In this document: positions 36,565-46,819 of the stretch, piece after piece
Layout: the number at the start of each line of letters is the position of its first letter
Position numbering within the stretch: position 1 is the stretch's first letter
The notes under the pieces: model-generated
Told to the model about the DNA's origin: nothing
Seen by the model: only the letters and a program-made list of their open reading frames with translations
Database searches by the model: none
Made by a program: the position numbers and the translations under genes
From: Holophagales bacterium
Lineage (GTDB): Bacteria; Acidobacteriota; Thermoanaerobaculia; Multivoradales; Multivoraceae
Direction of reading: 5' to 3'
Assembly (NCBI GenBank): GCA_009845425.1
Contig: VXZQ01000001.1
Span: forward strand, 194,363-258,362
DNA: 64,000 nt

Positions 36565-37962
36565 ATGACGAAGACCCCACCGAAGGCTTGCGCTGCCCCG
36601 CTTGGCGTCCTCACGACCGCCGCTGCTCTGGCCATCGGCTGCGCCGCACCCCCGGTCGAAGACGCTCAGCCGCCGAACGTCATCCTCATCATGGCCGACG
36701 ACCTCGGCTACGGCGACATCAGCCCGTTCGACGGCTGGATCGAGACGCCGAACCTGGAGCGGCTGGCCGCCTCCGGCATGCTGTTGACCGACTTCCACAC
36801 CAGCGGCGCCGTCTGTTCGCCCACACGAGCCGGCCTGGTCACGGGCCGCTACCAGCACCGGGCCGGAGTCCCCGCCGTGTTGCTCGCCAACTCGGACAGT
36901 CCGCTCTACCACCAGGGCATCGACGCCGAGGCCCACACGATCGCCGAGGGCTTCCGCGAGCTCGGCTACAGGACCGCCGTGCTCGGCAAGTGGCACCTCG
37001 GTTACCTGCCGCAGTTCAAGCCGCCGCTGCACGGTTTCGACGAGTTCAGGGGTTTCGTGAGCGGCAACATCGACTACCACTCGCACGTCGATCGGATGGG
37101 CCGTCCCGACTGGTGGAACGGCGAGACTCTCGAGGACGAAGACGGCTACCTCCCCGACCTGATCGGCGCTCACGCGGAGCGGTTCATCGACGGGCACCGG
37201 GAGGAACCGTTCTTCCTCTATCTCGCGCACCACGCTCCGCACTACCCGTACCAGGGGCCGGGCGATCCGGCGGAACGCTACGCCGGCGACGACCAGTTTC
37301 CGGGCGTCGGCTCGGTGACCGACCGGAAGCGCGCCTACCGCGAGATGGTCGAGTCGATGGACGACGCCATCGGTCGCGTCCTCGACGCCCTGGAGGAGCA
37401 GAGCCTCTCCGAGAACACGCTGGTGTGGTTCTTCTCGGACAACGGCGCAACGCGGCTGGGCTCCAACGGCCCGTTGCGCGGCCACAAGGCCAGCTACTGG
37501 GAGGGCGGCCACCGCGTCCCCTCGATCGCCGCCATGCCCGGCCGGATCGCTCCCGGTTCGACTTCCGACGCGATCACGTCGACGCTCGACGTGATGCCGA
37601 CCGTCCTCGCCATGGCCGGCGGCGCGGCGCATCCCGACCTGCCGTTCGACGGTATCGACGTCGGTGCGGTCCTCTTCGACGGCCAGGACGTGCCGCCCCG
37701 GCAACTCTTCTGGACCAGCGCCGGCCAGTTCTGGCGCGGCGCCGCCGTGCGCGACGGCCGCTACAAGCTGGTCATCGACCGCCGAACCCAGCGAGCCGCC
37801 GCGGGCGAAAGCGAGGAGGTCGCTGATCCCGTGCCCATGCTCTTCGACCTCGAGGCTGATCTCGGCGAGTCGACGAACCTCGCCGCCGGCGAACCGCAGC
37901 GGGTCGAGGAGATGATGGCGGCGCTCGCAAACTGGCGAGAGGACGTCGGCATCTCATCGTGA
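36565..37962 (+). CDS. arylsulfatase (Cys-type sulfatase), lipoprotein
   Basis: Lipobox LAIGC. Formylglycine motif CSPTRAGLVTGR (C-x-P-x-R). Sulfatase signatures IMADDLGYGD and GKWHLG. Confidence 0.85.
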   Translation: MTKTPPKACAAPLGVLTTAAALAIGCAAPPVEDAQPPNVILIMADDLGYGDISPFDGWIETPNLERLAASGMLLTDFHTSGAVCSPTRAGLVTGRYQHRAGVPAVLLANSDSPLYHQGIDAEAHTIAEGFRELGYRTAVLGKWHLGYLPQFKPPLHGFDEFRGFVSGNIDYHSHVDRMGRPDWWNGETLEDEDGYLPDLIGAHAERFIDGHREEPFFLYLAHHAPHYPYQGPGDPAERYAGDDQFPGVGSVTDRKRAYREMVESMDDAIGRVLDALEEQSLSENTLVWFFSDNGATRLGSNGPLRGHKASYWEGGHRVPSIAAMPGRIAPGSTSDAITSTLDVMPTVLAMAGGAAHPDLPFDGIDVGAVLFDGQDVPPRQLFWTSAGQFWRGAAVRDGRYKLVIDRRTQRAAAGESEEVADPVPMLFDLEADLGESTNLAAGEPQRVEEMMAALANWREDVGISS

Positions 37963-39383
37963 GCGACATCCCGACTTCGCCGCTTCTGGAAGAAGCGAGG
38001 GCGTACTACAAAACACTCCTGCGGCCCGTCTTCGAAGGCCGCAGGTTCGTGCTGCCCGGCAACATCGCCGTCGGGCTCGGCGACGTGGCGAGCGAACTCC
38101 GCGGGCTCGGCGCCGAGCGGCCCTTCGTAGTTGCGGGCAGCCGGGGCACGGGAACCGTACCCACCGAAGCCGAGGCGGCTCTGCGCGTGCTCGACGTGCG
38201 CGGCGCGGACCCCCTGGAACACAACCGCAACGTCCAGCGCGCACTCGCCCACCTGCCTTCCGAGGTACAGCACGCCATCGACGCCTGGGATCCGGACCGT
38301 TCGGCGAAGACCCTGCACACCGACCCGCTCGCCGAGCCCCGGCCGGTGGCCGGACGAGCGGCCTATGCCGCGCGGCCCGCGGCGTGGACGGCTCTCGAAG
38401 ACAAGATAGTCATCGACGCCTTCTGGGACGCGGTCGGCGTGCCGCGCGCACCGTCCCGGGTCGTTCCGGCCGAACACCAAGCGCTTCGCGTCGCCGCCGA
38501 CGCCCTGGACCGCGGCCACGGCACCGTCTGGGCGCCGGACGCCCGCGAAGGCACAAATGCCGGCGCCGTCGCCCTGCGCTGGGTCCGACCCGGCGACGAC
38601 GGACGGGCGGCCTCCGCAGACCTGGCGCGGATCGCCGACCGCGTCCGCGTCATGCCCTTCCTGGAGGGGATTCCAGCGAGCATCCATGGCGTCGTGTTTC
38701 CGGACGCCGTCGTCGCCTTCCGACCCGTCGAGATGCTGGTCCTGCGGCCGGCGACCGGCGACCGCCTCTTCTACGCCGGCTGCTCGACCTGGTTCGACCC
38801 AAACCCGGAAGACCGCGAGACGATGCGCGAACTCGCCCGCCGCGTCGGCGTCGCGCTGCGCAAGCACGTCGGCTTCCGTGGGTCGTTCGGCATCGACGGC
38901 GTCCTGGCCGAGGAGGGGTTCCTGCCCACCGAACTCAACCCGCGCCTCGGCGCCGGAGTGAGCACCCTCGCCGGCGCACTCGGCGACTTTCCGCTCGTCC
39001 TGCTCTGCCTGGCCATCGCCGAAGGCGAAGAACTCGACTACCGGCCGGAACTCCTCGAGCCCGCGGTGCTCGAGACGGCCGATAGCCACCGCGTCTGCGG
39101 CGGCGGCAGGACGACGGAAACCACGCTCACCGACACGAGCACCTTCGATCTCGTGGCGGACGTCGACGACTACCGCCAGGCGGCGGCCGGCGAGAACCCC
39201 GAGGCGACGCTCCTGTTCGGACCCGGGCCGATCGGCGGGTTCCTGCGGTTCACACTGAATCCCGATCGCAACGAACCCGGGCCACCTTCGGCGCCGCAAG
39301 CCGCGCGCGCCTTCCGCCTGGCCGATCGCCTGCTCGGCACAGACTTCGGAGACCTGGAGGCGGCGAAGAATGTGAGGCCGTAG
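37959..39383 (+). CDS. ATP-grasp domain protein, translationally coupled to the sulfatase
   Basis: GTG overlapping the sulfatase TGA (GTGA). ATP-grasp C-terminal hallmarks (FRGSFGIDGVLAEEGFLPTELNPRLGAG). Confidence 0.6.
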   Translation: MSDIPTSPLLEEARAYYKTLLRPVFEGRRFVLPGNIAVGLGDVASELRGLGAERPFVVAGSRGTGTVPTEAEAALRVLDVRGADPLEHNRNVQRALAHLPSEVQHAIDAWDPDRSAKTLHTDPLAEPRPVAGRAAYAARPAAWTALEDKIVIDAFWDAVGVPRAPSRVVPAEHQALRVAADALDRGHGTVWAPDAREGTNAGAVALRWVRPGDDGRAASADLARIADRVRVMPFLEGIPASIHGVVFPDAVVAFRPVEMLVLRPATGDRLFYAGCSTWFDPNPEDRETMRELARRVGVALRKHVGFRGSFGIDGVLAEEGFLPTELNPRLGAGVSTLAGALGDFPLVLLCLAIAEGEELDYRPELLEPAVLETADSHRVCGGGRTTETTLTDTSTFDLVADVDDYRQAAAGENPEATLLFGPGPIGGFLRFTLNPDRNEPGPPSAPQAARAFRLADRLLGTDFGDLEAAKNVRP

Positions 39384-39389
39384 TCGCGA

Positions 39390-41138
39390 CTAGCGCCGGC
39401 TTCGCTGGTACAGAAACGACACCGCCACCAGCAGCGCGCCGACGATCAGGAAGGAGAGGATCCGGTAGCCCTGTTCGAGAAAGGAGAGGTCGACCAGGAA
39501 CGTCTTGCCGACCACGACGAGCAGCAGCACGAGGCCCTGCCAGCGCAGGCCGGGGGCGTTGCGGCGGATGCCGGCCACGATCAGGCCCGCCGCCCACAGG
39601 AGCCAGACGGCCGACAGAACGACCTGGGCGGCCAGATCGAGGTCGAGGTCGACGTCGAGTCCCTGGACGACGTCCCACGACTCGGTCGACACGGCGACGA
39701 GCGCGACAACGTTGGCGACAACCAGCGCCACGGCCCAGACGGGCGCCTCCATCCGCACCTTGGTCCTCAACCGGCTCCGCACGTAGACCCCGGCGCCGAT
39801 CAGTCCGGCCGCTACTCCGGCCAGGGTCAGGAAGCGGAGGTTGATGAAAAGGAGGTCCCGCTGCCCGCCGAAGGCGGCCGGCGTCATCAGCAGCACGACG
39901 CCGAAGAGGGCAACCGAGAAGACGCGCATCCAGATCGACGGCAGCCGCGTTCCGGCGACCGCCAGCGCCACGGCCTCCGCGGTCCATGCCAGGGTGATCC
40001 AGTCGCCCTCGAGCCGCATCGGGAAGGCGATCGTGGCCAGCAAGGCGGCGAGGACGGCGAACAGCGACCGCAGTTGCCGGGTTCTCCGTTCTTCGCCGGC
40101 GCTCCAGCTCGCGAGCGCGCGGGACACCGCCATGTGGACCACGGCCAGGGCCAGGACGGCGCCGGTAAGCAACCACCGCTGGTTCTCGTAGAGGAGCCGC
40201 TGCAGCAACAGCACGTAGAACCCGAGCGCCAGAACCAGCACGCCGAGCTCGGTCGGGCGCAGCCGCCGGGCCAGTCGCGCCCGCGCAAGCGGCAAAGCGA
40301 AGTAGATGGCATAGAAGAGCGTGCCGAAGAGGGCGGTCGAGAGAAGCCGGTCGCCCTCGTAGAACTCGACGTACCATGCAATGAAGTAGACAGCCGTCGC
40401 GATCAGGGCGGCCGGCGCCAGGACGCGGAAGCCCCGCAACAGGGCTAGTGCAAGCAGGCTGGCGCTGAGCAGGGCGAGGTAGCTGAAGAGCACGACCTGG
40501 GCGTCCGTGCCGGTGCTGAGCAGTGCCGGCGTCAGGTACCCGCCGGCAAGCGCCAGGGCCGCCAGCCGCTGTGAGTCTCGTCGTACCGACTGGCCGATGA
40601 CCGCGGCGGTGACGAACGCGAGGAACGCGAACGCCGTCGGTTGCGGCACGAGGGCGTAGAAGTCCCACGCCGCGTAGCCCGAGAGATAGACGACGCCGGC
40701 GCCGAGTGCCGTCATCCCCTCGGCGAAGTACCGCATCTTGCGCTTGGCAAGCCATTCGCCGTAGCCGGCGAGAGCCAGGCCGCTCACCAGTCCGATCAGG
40801 ACGCGTCCCGTCGGCCCGATCCACTCGTTCTCGAAGGCGTAACGGAGGAAGAAGGCGGCCGCGATCAGGAGGGTGAGGATGCCGATCCGGTTCAACCAGC
40901 GGCCGCCGATCAGCGACTCGAAGTCGATGTCGCGCCAGGCGGCGGACTTGGGCTTTCGCGGTTCTCGCGCCGCCGGCGCGGTTGCTACGGGCGTCGCCGG
41001 CGGCGAAGTCGCCTCTGCCTGTGACGTCACTTCGGGGCGTTCGCCTTCGCCCTCGCCCCGCAGAGCCGCCACCTCTTCCTGCAACTCGCGCACTCGCGCC
41101 TCGAGCGCCTGCACCCGCTGATCGAGAGACTCGAGCAC
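39390..41138 (-). CDS. DUF2339-like polytopic membrane protein with N-terminal coiled coil
   Basis: N-terminal LEARVRELQEEVAALR heptad region, followed by more than 12 predicted TM helices. Sits immediately downstream of sorB on the same strand. Confidence 0.5.
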   Translation of the reverse strand: MLESLDQRVQALEARVRELQEEVAALRGEGEGERPEVTSQAEATSPPATPVATAPAAREPRKPKSAAWRDIDFESLIGGRWLNRIGILTLLIAAAFFLRYAFENEWIGPTGRVLIGLVSGLALAGYGEWLAKRKMRYFAEGMTALGAGVVYLSGYAAWDFYALVPQPTAFAFLAFVTAAVIGQSVRRDSQRLAALALAGGYLTPALLSTGTDAQVVLFSYLALLSASLLALALLRGFRVLAPAALIATAVYFIAWYVEFYEGDRLLSTALFGTLFYAIYFALPLARARLARRLRPTELGVLVLALGFYVLLLQRLLYENQRWLLTGAVLALAVVHMAVSRALASWSAGEERRTRQLRSLFAVLAALLATIAFPMRLEGDWITLAWTAEAVALAVAGTRLPSIWMRVFSVALFGVVLLMTPAAFGGQRDLLFINLRFLTLAGVAAGLIGAGVYVRSRLRTKVRMEAPVWAVALVVANVVALVAVSTESWDVVQGLDVDLDLDLAAQVVLSAVWLLWAAGLIVAGIRRNAPGLRWQGLVLLLVVVGKTFLVDLSFLEQGYRILSFLIVGALLVAVSFLYQRSRR

Positions 41139-41145
41139 GCGCTCC

Positions 41146-41571
41146 TTACCCTCCGTCAGCGACTGGGGGTTGTCGCAGTGGCGCCCGCCTTCGCCTCAGT
41201 TCGGTCGGCTTGACCTGCACGCCGTAAGTTGCCGCCAGGTAGTCGAGGATCGGCTTCTCCAGGTCACCCAGCGGCTCGAGACCCTCTTCCTTCTCCATGC
41301 GCCGGATCGTCCGGATCCAGCCATCGCGACTCGTGCGGTTCTGGGACAGCAACGTGGCGGAGTGGCACTCCGTGCAGCGATCGCGGGCCACCTTCCAGGT
41401 TCCGGCTTCGTCCTTGACGAGGCCGCTTTCGGGGTCGACTGGAGTGGCTGGCTTCTGAGCGGCAGCGACAGATGTCACGGTGACGAGCAGAGCCGGCCAG
41501 AAGGCCGGCGCACCGACACTCCGAATAGCGGACCCACCTCGGTTCCCGATACGCCGGTTTCTAGGCCACAT
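41146..41571 (-). CDS. monoheme c-type cytochrome (SorB-like subunit)
   Basis: Signal peptide and a single CTECH (CxxCH) motif. Overlaps the 3' end of the molybdoenzyme gene by 11 nt. Confidence 0.6.
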   Translation of the reverse strand: MWPRNRRIGNRGGSAIRSVGAPAFWPALLVTVTSVAAAQKPATPVDPESGLVKDEAGTWKVARDRCTECHSATLLSQNRTSRDGWIRTIRRMEKEEGLEPLGDLEKPILDYLAATYGVQVKPTELRRRRAPLRQPPVADGG

Positions 41572-42856
41572 ACACGGCGATCCGGTGGCAGGCGTTGTTC
41601 AGGTAGCCGCGCGGGTTCCAGCCGGGGAGGACCACCGGCTGCACATCGCCGTTCGCATCGGCGGCCCGCGCCCAGACCTCGTAGTAGCCGGTCTCGGGGA
41701 ACTCGAGGTCGAGATCCCAGTTCTGCCAGGCGAGGCGGTTCACCGGCGACTGCAGATCGGCCCGGATCCAGGTCCGGCCGAAGTCGATCGAGACGTCCAG
41801 CCGTTCGACCCGGTTGTCACCGGTCCAGGCATGGCCGTGGAGCGACAGAACCTCACCTGCCGGATGCTGGTACCCGCTCTGCGGATAGGTGATCAAGGAC
41901 TTGACCGGCATCGCCTCGATGATGCACATGTCCTCGGGGGCGACTTCGGTACCTGGCGCCACCGGTTCGCGCGGCACCTTGTACGACATGCCGGTCATCT
42001 TCGGCCCGTCGTGGACGATGTTCCGGATCGCGATCCGTTGCAGCCACTTGCCGGACGTGGACCCTGGCCACCCGCCGAACACCAGGCGCAGCGGATGGCC
42101 GTTCATCGGGTGGAGCGGCTCGCTGTTCATGCCCCAGGCGATCATCGACTCGGCCTCGAGCGCCTTGGCGATCGTCACGCCCCTCGAGATGGGGACGCCT
42201 CCATCGGCCGTGCGGTCCGCGCCGTAGTAGGCCACGTACACCGCGTCGTCCCGGTAGCCGCAATCCTCCAGGACGTCCCGCAAGCGGATGCCGTCCCAGC
42301 GCGGACACCCGACCGCGCCGACGGTCCACTGGTTGCCCGACGCCGGGGGGTCGTACTCGGAGCGGCCGTTGCCGCCGCATTCCATGATGAGCTGGCGGCT
42401 GACGTTCCCGAAGCGCTGCTTGAGTTCGCCGAGGGTGTACGTCTTCGTGCGGGCCGCCGACTCGCCGTCGACCGTCAAGGTCCAGCTCATGGCGTCCACG
42501 TCCTCCGGCGGAAGGCCGTTGTTGCGGACGAACAGCCGGCTCGCGGGCGTCACGTCGTCGTTCAGCAGGTGCGCCGGTGTCTCCGCGCAGAGCGGGCGGT
42601 CGTTCAGCACGGTCAGGCCGTCCTTGCCCTCGATCGTGAACGGCTCGGCCTGGTTCGCGTACGCAGCCGGAATCAGGCCGGCGGGCATGAAGTCGGAGAA
42701 CACGATCTTCGAACCGACCAGCGCGGTCATCGCGCCCAGTCCCTTGATGAACCCGCGCCGGGTACGGGGATCCGTGCGCCGGCCCCAGACTTCCCAATCG
42801 GCCCGTGTCGGGTCGGCGGCGAAGACCTCGTGAATGCCTCGCACCTTTCTTCTCAT
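41561..42856 (-). CDS. sulfite-oxidase-family molybdopterin oxidoreductase (SorA-like sulfite dehydrogenase), Tat signal
   Basis: Tat motif TRRGFIKGLGAMTAL. 431 aa with a Moco-domain plus dimerisation-domain layout. The size and the downstream small cytochrome c match sorAB architecture. Confidence 0.7.
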   Translation of the reverse strand: MRRKVRGIHEVFAADPTRADWEVWGRRTDPRTRRGFIKGLGAMTALVGSKIVFSDFMPAGLIPAAYANQAEPFTIEGKDGLTVLNDRPLCAETPAHLLNDDVTPASRLFVRNNGLPPEDVDAMSWTLTVDGESAARTKTYTLGELKQRFGNVSRQLIMECGGNGRSEYDPPASGNQWTVGAVGCPRWDGIRLRDVLEDCGYRDDAVYVAYYGADRTADGGVPISRGVTIAKALEAESMIAWGMNSEPLHPMNGHPLRLVFGGWPGSTSGKWLQRIAIRNIVHDGPKMTGMSYKVPREPVAPGTEVAPEDMCIIEAMPVKSLITYPQSGYQHPAGEVLSLHGHAWTGDNRVERLDVSIDFGRTWIRADLQSPVNRLAWQNWDLDLEFPETGYYEVWARAADANGDVQPVVLPGWNPRGYLNNACHRIAVYVA

Positions 42857-42957
42857 GGTGACTCTCCGAATCGGCCGCGCTGTTCCTCCAGCCTACAACC
42901 GTCGGCCGGCGGCTTCGTTACTCTCGCCGCGACTCCCCTGAAAGGCCACCCCGCGAA

Positions 42958-44376
42958 ATGACGATCGGCACCAGACGACAAGCCTCTGTCGCCATGGCGG
43001 CGCTAGTCCTCCTCTTCGGCGCCTGCGGACCGGGGGCGGAGCCAGGCGAACAGTCTTCGACCGCTCCACCCAACGTCGTCATCATCCTCGCCGACGATAT
43101 GGGCTACGGCGACCTGTCCTCCTACGGTCACCCGCTCATCCGCACACCGAACATCGACCGGCTGGCGGCCGATGGCCAGCGTTGGACCTCGTTCTACGCC
43201 TCGAGCCCGCTGTGCAACCCGAGCCGCATCGCGCTCGCCACCGGCCGAATGCCGATCCGCATCCAAGGCGGGGAGCTGAACCGCTGGTCGAACCTGCCGG
43301 CGGACGAGACGACCCTCGGCGACATGCTCAGGGCCGCCGGCTACGCGACCGCCTACATCGGCAAGTGGGGCATGTCCGGCCGCTTCGAGTCCGGCGGCGT
43401 CCACCCCAACGGCGCGGGCTTCGACTACTTCTACGGCGTCGAGGACTTCAACGACGGCGGCCGGCGTCCCGAGATCCCCCACACGTACGAAGGGATCAAG
43501 AACGCGACCAGCGAGGACTTCGTCTTCTCGCTGTTCCGGCAACGAGAGGCCATCGAGACGCCGACGCACCAGCCGACGTCGACCCGGCGCTATACGGAGG
43601 AGTCCGTGGCCTGGCTGGAGCAGCAGATCGAGGCCGGTTCGCCGTTCTTCCTCTACCTCAGCCACACGATGCCGCACGTGCCGATCTTCCGTTCGCCCGA
43701 GTTCGAAGGTCAAAGCCGGGCCGGGCTCTACGGCGACGTGATCGAGGAGCTGGACTGGTCGGTCGGTGAAGTCGTCGCCGCTCTGGAGGAGGGCGGCGTC
43801 GCGGGCGACACGCTGGTCATCTTCTCCAGCGACAACGGCCCCTGGCTCACGTACTACGACCTGGGCGGCTCGCCAGGGCCCTTCCGCGACGGCAAGCACA
43901 CCGCCTGGGAAGGTGGTTTCCGGGTTCCCGGCGTCTTCTGGTGGCCGGGGACGATCGAACCGGCGACCATCGACGACATCGGCGTCCAGGTCGACCTCAT
44001 GGCGACGCTCGCCCCGATCACGGGGGCGGCGGCGCCCGATCGCCCGATGGACTCGATCGACCTCTCCGGTACCTTGCTTCGCGGCGAGGCGAGCCCGCGC
44101 GACGAGTGGTCTTACTACGGCACCCGCGGCCGCCTCTGGGCCTACCGGGTCGGCGATCACAAGCTCGTCCTCGAATCCTGGGAATCGCTGGGCAAGGAGG
44201 GCGAACTCGCCTGGCGGGGCTTTGACAACGAGCAGGTTCACGACCCGCCGCTGCTGTTCGACCTCAGCACGGATCTCGGCGAGCGCTTCGACATCGCCGC
44301 CGAACACCCGGAGATCGTCGCGCGGATCGAGAAGGCGATCCGCAAGCATCGGGAGTCCGTGAAGACCGCGCAGTAG
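42958..44376 (+). CDS. arylsulfatase (Cys-type), lipoprotein
   Basis: Lipobox LLFGAC. CNPSRIALATGR formylglycine motif. ILADDMGYGD and GKWGMS motifs. Confidence 0.85.
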   Translation: MTIGTRRQASVAMAALVLLFGACGPGAEPGEQSSTAPPNVVIILADDMGYGDLSSYGHPLIRTPNIDRLAADGQRWTSFYASSPLCNPSRIALATGRMPIRIQGGELNRWSNLPADETTLGDMLRAAGYATAYIGKWGMSGRFESGGVHPNGAGFDYFYGVEDFNDGGRRPEIPHTYEGIKNATSEDFVFSLFRQREAIETPTHQPTSTRRYTEESVAWLEQQIEAGSPFFLYLSHTMPHVPIFRSPEFEGQSRAGLYGDVIEELDWSVGEVVAALEEGGVAGDTLVIFSSDNGPWLTYYDLGGSPGPFRDGKHTAWEGGFRVPGVFWWPGTIEPATIDDIGVQVDLMATLAPITGAAAPDRPMDSIDLSGTLLRGEASPRDEWSYYGTRGRLWAYRVGDHKLVLESWESLGKEGELAWRGFDNEQVHDPPLLFDLSTDLGERFDIAAEHPEIVARIEKAIRKHRESVKTAQ

Positions 44377-44400
44377 AGGTCGCCCGATACAATCCCGCCG

Positions 44401-45066
44401 ATGAGCTGGTTCTCCAACAAGGCCCGCATGCCGCAACCGGGCGAAGCGCTTCCCGGCCGCGCCGAGACGATGCCCGTCGCTCCGCGCCACTACGTCCTCG
44501 ACGCCCCGATCGCGCCGCCCTACCCGGAAGGGAGCGAACTGGCGATGTTCGGCCTCGGCTGCTTCTGGGGCGCTGAGCGCAAGTTCTGGGAGGCCCCCGG
44601 AGTCATCACGACCGCCGTCGGTTACGCCGCGGGCGCCACACCGAACCCGACCTACCAGGAGGTCTGCAGCGGCCTGACCGGACACAACGAGGTCGTGCGG
44701 GTCGTGTTCGACCCCGAACGCATCTCGTACGACGAGCTGCTGCGCATCTTCTGGGAGAGCCACGACCCGACCCAGGGGATGCGGCAGGGGAACGACGTCG
44801 GCACCCAGTACCGCTCCGGCATCTACGCCTGCTCCAGGAAGCAGCGACAGGCGGCGAAGGCCTCGCTGGCGGCCTACCGGGAGCGGCTCGCCGCCGCCGG
44901 CTACGGCCCGATCACGACCGAGATCCTCGACGCTCCCGACTTCTACTTCGCCGAGGACTACCACCAGCAGTACCTGGCCAAGAACCCCGGCGGCTACTGC
45001 GGCCTGGGCGGCACCGGGGTGACCTGCCCGGTCGGTACCGAGGTCGCCGTCGAGCAGGCGGTCTGA
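44401..45066 (+). CDS. msrA: peptide methionine-S-sulfoxide reductase
   Basis: Catalytic GCFWG motif and conserved MsrA core ([15 protein letters not shown]). Confidence 0.9.
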   Translation: MSWFSNKARMPQPGEALPGRAETMPVAPRHYVLDAPIAPPYPEGSELAMFGLGCFWGAERKFWEAPGVITTAVGYAAGATPNPTYQEVCSGLTGHNEVVRVVFDPERISYDELLRIFWESHDPTQGMRQGNDVGTQYRSGIYACSRKQRQAAKASLAAYRERLAAAGYGPITTEILDAPDFYFAEDYHQQYLAKNPGGYCGLGGTGVTCPVGTEVAVEQAV

Positions 45067-45090
45067 ACGCCACACACAGGAGGCACAGCA

Positions 45091-45327
45091 ATGGCAGACA
45101 CCACGGTCGGTATCACCCGCGGTCTCGGCTGGCTGCTCTTCCTCGCCGGAGTGCTCGCGCTCGGGGCTGTCGCGATCTACGCCCTCGTCATCGACGACGG
45201 GGCGCCGCTCTACATCAAGCTGGGCGTCGGCGCTCTGTACGGCGGCCTGGCTCTGCTGCTGCTTTCCGTACTCCGGCAGCAGTTGATCGCCCGCAAGACG
45301 GACAAGTACAAGGACGTGCAGCGATGA
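45091..45327 (+). CDS. small two-helix membrane protein, hypothetical
   Basis: AGGAGG RBS at about 7 nt. 78 aa with two hydrophobic helices. Confidence 0.45.
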   Translation: MADTTVGITRGLGWLLFLAGVLALGAVAIYALVIDDGAPLYIKLGVGALYGGLALLLLSVLRQQLIARKTDKYKDVQR

Positions 45328-45337
45328 GGGCCCCTGA

Positions 45338-45658
45338 ATGCTGATTGCAACCACCGAGACGATCGCCGGCCACGACATCACGCAGACACTGGGACTGGTA
45401 CGCGGCAACACGATCCGCGCCCGCCACGTCGGCAGGGACATCACCGCGGCACTCCGCAACCTCGTCGGCGGCGAGGTCACCGAGTACACGAAGATGGTCG
45501 CCGAGAGCCGCGAACAGGCGCTCGACCGCATGGTCGGGGAGGCGGAGGCGTTGGACGCCGACGCCATCGTCGCGGTGCGGTTCACGACGTCGGTGATCAC
45601 GAGCGGCGCCGCGGAGCTGCTGGCGGTCGGGACCGCAGTGAAACTGCAGCGCCGTTAG
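45338..45658 (+). CDS. YbjQ/DUF74-family protein (UPF0145)
   Basis: 106 aa. MLIATTETIAGHDITQTLGLVRGNTIRARHVGRDITAALRNLVGGEV is characteristic of the YbjQ family. Confidence 0.7.
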   Translation: MLIATTETIAGHDITQTLGLVRGNTIRARHVGRDITAALRNLVGGEVTEYTKMVAESREQALDRMVGEAEALDADAIVAVRFTTSVITSGAAELLAVGTAVKLQRR

Positions 45659-46737
45659 CGCAAGTCCATCCGCTCCAGCACGCCAGCCACGAGCAGCGGC
45701 CACACCAGCGTCGCGTCGGCGGGGACCTCCGCGAAGCGGCCACCCTCTTCGACCGGGACGAACTTGCCCCAGGACACCCCCTCGCTGTAGCCGCAACCCG
45801 AGAGGCCGCCCCAGTGCTCCGGCTCGGGGCAGATCCGTACACCGTAGCGAAACCGCTGCGGCGGCGTGTCCTCTCCTGCCCGGCGCGCCGCCGCCTCCAG
45901 GTACGGCGCCACCTGCTGCGCCCAGTTCCGTGGCACGCCGCCGCCGACCGTGAAGATGCCGAGCCGCTTCGCCCCGGCGACGACTTCCGTGTAGTGCTCC
46001 AGGTCGAGGAACGGGTCGAACCGTATCGGCGCCCGTCCCTGCCGCTCCCTCGCCCGGTTGAAGAGCGCGAAGTCGAGCCCGATCTCGGAGTCGGTGAACG
46101 CGGGCACGTAGACCGGCACGCCGCGACGCCAGGCCGAGGACAACACGCCGCGGACCGGCGAGACTTCCCCCTCCGCTTCGGTCAGCCACCGCCCGAACGC
46201 CTCGTTCAGCAGGCGCGAGCAGGCGACCTCACCCTCGGGCCACTGCTCCAGGACCGAGTGGACGATCAACTCGACCCGGTCCAGGTTGCTCTCCAGTTCC
46301 AGCGTGTCGTAGATCCGGTCGTAGCCGGAGTAGTACGCGGCGCGATCGTCGAGCTTGCCTGCCGGAGCCTTGAAGTGGATCATCCCGGCGGACTCGACGA
46401 AGCCGTGGACCATCAGCGCTCCCGTGCAGACGATCGCGTCGAGAAGCCCGTGGTCGATCATGTCGCACAGGACCAGCCCCTGCTTGGCCGCGGTCATCGC
46501 GCCGGTGAAGGTGCCAACGACGAGGCAGTCCGGATCCTCCGCCATCTCCTGGAGCACGTCCGCCGCCTCGCCGAGCTGGCGACCGCCGAAGGAGGTCGAC
46601 TTCATCGCCGCCAGCAGGTCCGAGAAGGAACCGACGGCACTCAGATCGAGCGGCGCGAGCGGTTCCAGTCCCTCCCCGTCGGCGAACTCGGCCGGGCGGC
46701 GCGCACCCTCCGGGGACTTGGGCGTTGGATCGTTCAT
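45655..46737 (-). CDS. deoxyhypusine-synthase-like (DHS-family) NAD-dependent aminobutyl transferase homolog
   Basis: Collinear with the DHS fold (GTFTGAMTAAKQGLV, CTGALMVHG, GVPVYVPAFTDSEIGLD, FTVGGGVPRNW). The ATG at 46737 is chosen over the upstream TTG of the listed ORF. Confidence 0.65.
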   Translation of the reverse strand: MNDPTPKSPEGARRPAEFADGEGLEPLAPLDLSAVGSFSDLLAAMKSTSFGGRQLGEAADVLQEMAEDPDCLVVGTFTGAMTAAKQGLVLCDMIDHGLLDAIVCTGALMVHGFVESAGMIHFKAPAGKLDDRAAYYSGYDRIYDTLELESNLDRVELIVHSVLEQWPEGEVACSRLLNEAFGRWLTEAEGEVSPVRGVLSSAWRRGVPVYVPAFTDSEIGLDFALFNRARERQGRAPIRFDPFLDLEHYTEVVAGAKRLGIFTVGGGVPRNWAQQVAPYLEAAARRAGEDTPPQRFRYGVRICPEPEHWGGLSGCGYSEGVSWGKFVPVEEGGRFAEVPADATLVWPLLVAGVLERMDLR

Positions 46738-46819
46738 GGGAGCGGAATCCGAACCTATCGCGGCAGGCGGACACGCCTGCCGCACCGGCTCGGCTCGACT
46801 CTTGCAGCAAGCGACCCTC

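Noticed and set aside
35143-37704. 853-aa ORF on the - strand spanning rarA and the sulfatase
   Set aside because: Low-complexity R/A/G/P-rich translation. The real genes here are rarA (- strand, another frame, clear Walker motifs) and the + strand sulfatase with a C-x-P-x-R motif.
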